In this document: positions 62,150 to 64,000 of the stretch, in pieces | Layout of the letters: each line of letters opens with the position of its first letter | Numbering within the stretch: position 1 is the stretch's first letter | Assembly: GCF_902713615.1 (NCBI RefSeq) | Contig: NC_052151.1 | Coordinates: 201,775,703 to 201,839,702 of the forward strand | Length of the DNA: 64,000 nucleotides | Reading direction: 5' to 3' | Origin: Scyliorhinus canicula | Taxonomy: Eukaryota | Program-made: the position numbers and the translations under genes | Notes under the pieces: model-generated | Told to the model about the DNA's origin: nothing | Seen by the model: the letters and a program-made list of their open reading frames with translations, nothing else | The model's database searches: none

Positions 62150-62470
62150 TTCAGAATCAGGCTGCCCGTCTCCCTGTGAATGGATCCCTGGGTCAGTCAG
62201 TCTCCCTGTCTCCGGTAATCCCACATCGATTGATGGACATCGAGGTTATCTGGAAACAATCTTCACGCAGTCTCAGAATAGCACGATACAGCAAGGAACA
62301 TGTCAGTTACGTTGGGTCTGAGGATTACCAGAAACGGATCAAATTTCATCCTGGGAACTTCAGTCTGCAAATCAATGACTTACAGAGAGAGGATGCTGGG
62401 AGTTATGAGGTGTTTTTAACAAGAGATTCAGGAGAGGAAACTACAGAGACCATTCAACTGGACGTGTACG
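62150..62470 (+). CDS. Gene B exon 2: IgV domain, CD2/SLAM-family-like
   Basis: Acceptor CTCCTCTTGTTCCCTCAG|T and donor TACG|GTAAGT; 321 nt, phase 1/1; VNGSLGQSVSL..IEVIWK...RIKFHPGNFSLQINDLQREDAGSYEV...IQLDVY, cysteine-free V set. Confidence 0.9.
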
Positions 62471-62689
62471 GTAAGTGAGATTCTATTGGACATGCCTGGT
62501 TTTACCCAGTTGTTGAAACCTGCCTTGTAACATTTTCAGGGCAGATTTCCTGGATATTTCAGTTTCCAGAACTCACTCATTGCAGAATCCATAATGGTGT
62601 AACTGATCTTAGGTAAAAACATCTCAGAATGTAAGAGCAGAATAAACCCTCTCTGGTGAAGGCCATTCAACCCCTCTTATCACGTTAAA

Positions 62690-63200
62690 TTATTCTCTGA
62701 GGTCAATTCATCTACATCGACTCTGCCATTCCGCTCTATTCCGCATATCTCTCGTTGTTTTCCACACATCTATCCATCTCACTTTGAAATAAACTAATTG
62801 GCTCTGAAGCCACAGCTGTCTGAGGTAGAGAATCCCAAACATTCACATTCGCCTGAGTGAAGTAATTTCTCTTCAACTCTACCCAAACTGGCTGAGCCAT
62901 TATTCCGTGACCCATCCTCCACCCAGACAAGATTCCCCAATCAGCATGAAGCAGCCTCTCAGCATCTACCCCATTAACTACTCCAGAAATGTTATACTTT
63001 TCAATGAGAGCATCTTTTTCGTGGTCTGACCAGGATATCGAGACCAGAAATGTGCACAGGGCTCCAAATGTGGTCTGACCAGGGATATGTTATTTGGAGA
63101 GTATAACTGTGCACAACGATCCAAATGTACTTTAAGCAAGGTTTCAGAAAAGTTGAACTTAACTTCCATCATTTTTAATTCTATCGCCATAACAAATGCA
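62690..63200 (-). mobile_element. Decayed CR1 fragment
   Basis: LVRPHLEPCAHFWS and KRNYFTQANVNVWDSLPQTAV motifs. Confidence 0.6.
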
Positions 63201-63317
63201 TTCCAGTGTTATGTATGAAAATACCAGCCTTACTCACAGGCACAGAGACCTCTCAATCTCTACCTAAACAGACATTTGTGAGACCATCACAGGCTCTCTT
63301 TGTTTAATATTGAAAGT

Positions 63318-63605
63318 GGGTGGCACAGTCGCACATTGGTTAGCACTGTTGCTTCACAGCTCCAGGGTCCCAGGTTTGATTCCCGGCTTGGGTCACTGTC
63401 TGTGCGGAGTCTGCACATTCTCCCCGTGTGTGCGTGAGTTTCCTCCGGGTGCTCCGGTTTCCTCCCACAAGTCCCAAAAGACGTGCTGTTAGGTGAATTG
63501 GACATTCTGAATTCTCCCTCCGTGTATCCCGAACATGTGGCGACTAGGGGCTTCTCACAGTAACTTCATTGCAATGTTAATGTAAGCCTACTTGTGACAA
63601 AAAAA
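63318..63605 (+). mobile_element. tRNA-SINE, HE1-type head with second-family tail
   Basis: A/B boxes; 3' part ATGTGGCGACTAGGGGCTTCTCACAGTAACTTCATTG...GCCTACTTGTGACAA matches the 3' part of the SINEs at 8163 and 29868. Confidence 0.85.
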
Positions 63606-64000
63606 TTATCATCAATTACACACCCATTCTGCCTCTGTAAACACTGAGTGAGTGGAGATTTACGTTATGTTCCACATATTCACACACTCACTCTGAAACA
63701 CCAGAATCAATCTCAGTGCAAAACTATTCCAATGTCGGAGGCGCCACAAGCATTAACCAAACACAGAGCAGACCGAGAGGGTGCACTCCACATAACAAGG
63801 GTCACGGGGAGCACTGGCTAGAGTCACCAATGAGACTGATCCAGAGAGAATACCTCGGATACAATCCCAAAATTGTGGAGATTCACAGAGAGTGGGAGTG
63901 AATGAGTGTTTGTGATTGTAGTGAAAGAGCGTGTAACACACTGCGTATTCCATCCATTCGTCATATTGACTCATGTGACTTGTTTGAACTCAGTGGGATG

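Noticed and set aside
63600-64000. Gene B exon 3 (IgC2)
   Set aside because: No plus-strand frame shows the Cys/Trp pattern of a C2 domain or a clear acceptor.

Overview
Vertebrate genomic DNA, almost certainly from a shark (inferred from HE1-type tRNA-SINEs, CR1, Rex1, L1, Penelope and Gypsy repeats). Most of the window is repeat-derived. I find two divergently transcribed CD2/SLAM-family-like Ig genes, each visible as a phase-1 signal-peptide exon plus a phase-1/1 IgV exon. Gene A is on the minus strand (16122-16077, then 12512-12183) with a CpG-rich promoter. Gene B is on the plus strand (39417-39468, then 62150-62470). The 22.7-kb first intron of gene B is almost entirely a 69-bp satellite. 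Within it, one antisense Gypsy solo LTR (TG...CA, 5-bp ATGGG target duplication) has been co-amplified to 20 copies in higher-order repeats, as TATA-intact, TATA-mutant/hairpin and 31-bp-deleted variants. Other notable items: a minisatellite built from gene A's own splice donor, a Gypsy element with mismatched LTRs whose 3' LTR ends about 130 bp before gene B's ATG, a Penelope minimal hammerhead ribozyme and a Ty1/copia relic. Coordinates were counted by hand; TE boundaries are approximate and family names rest on motif recognition, not database searches.
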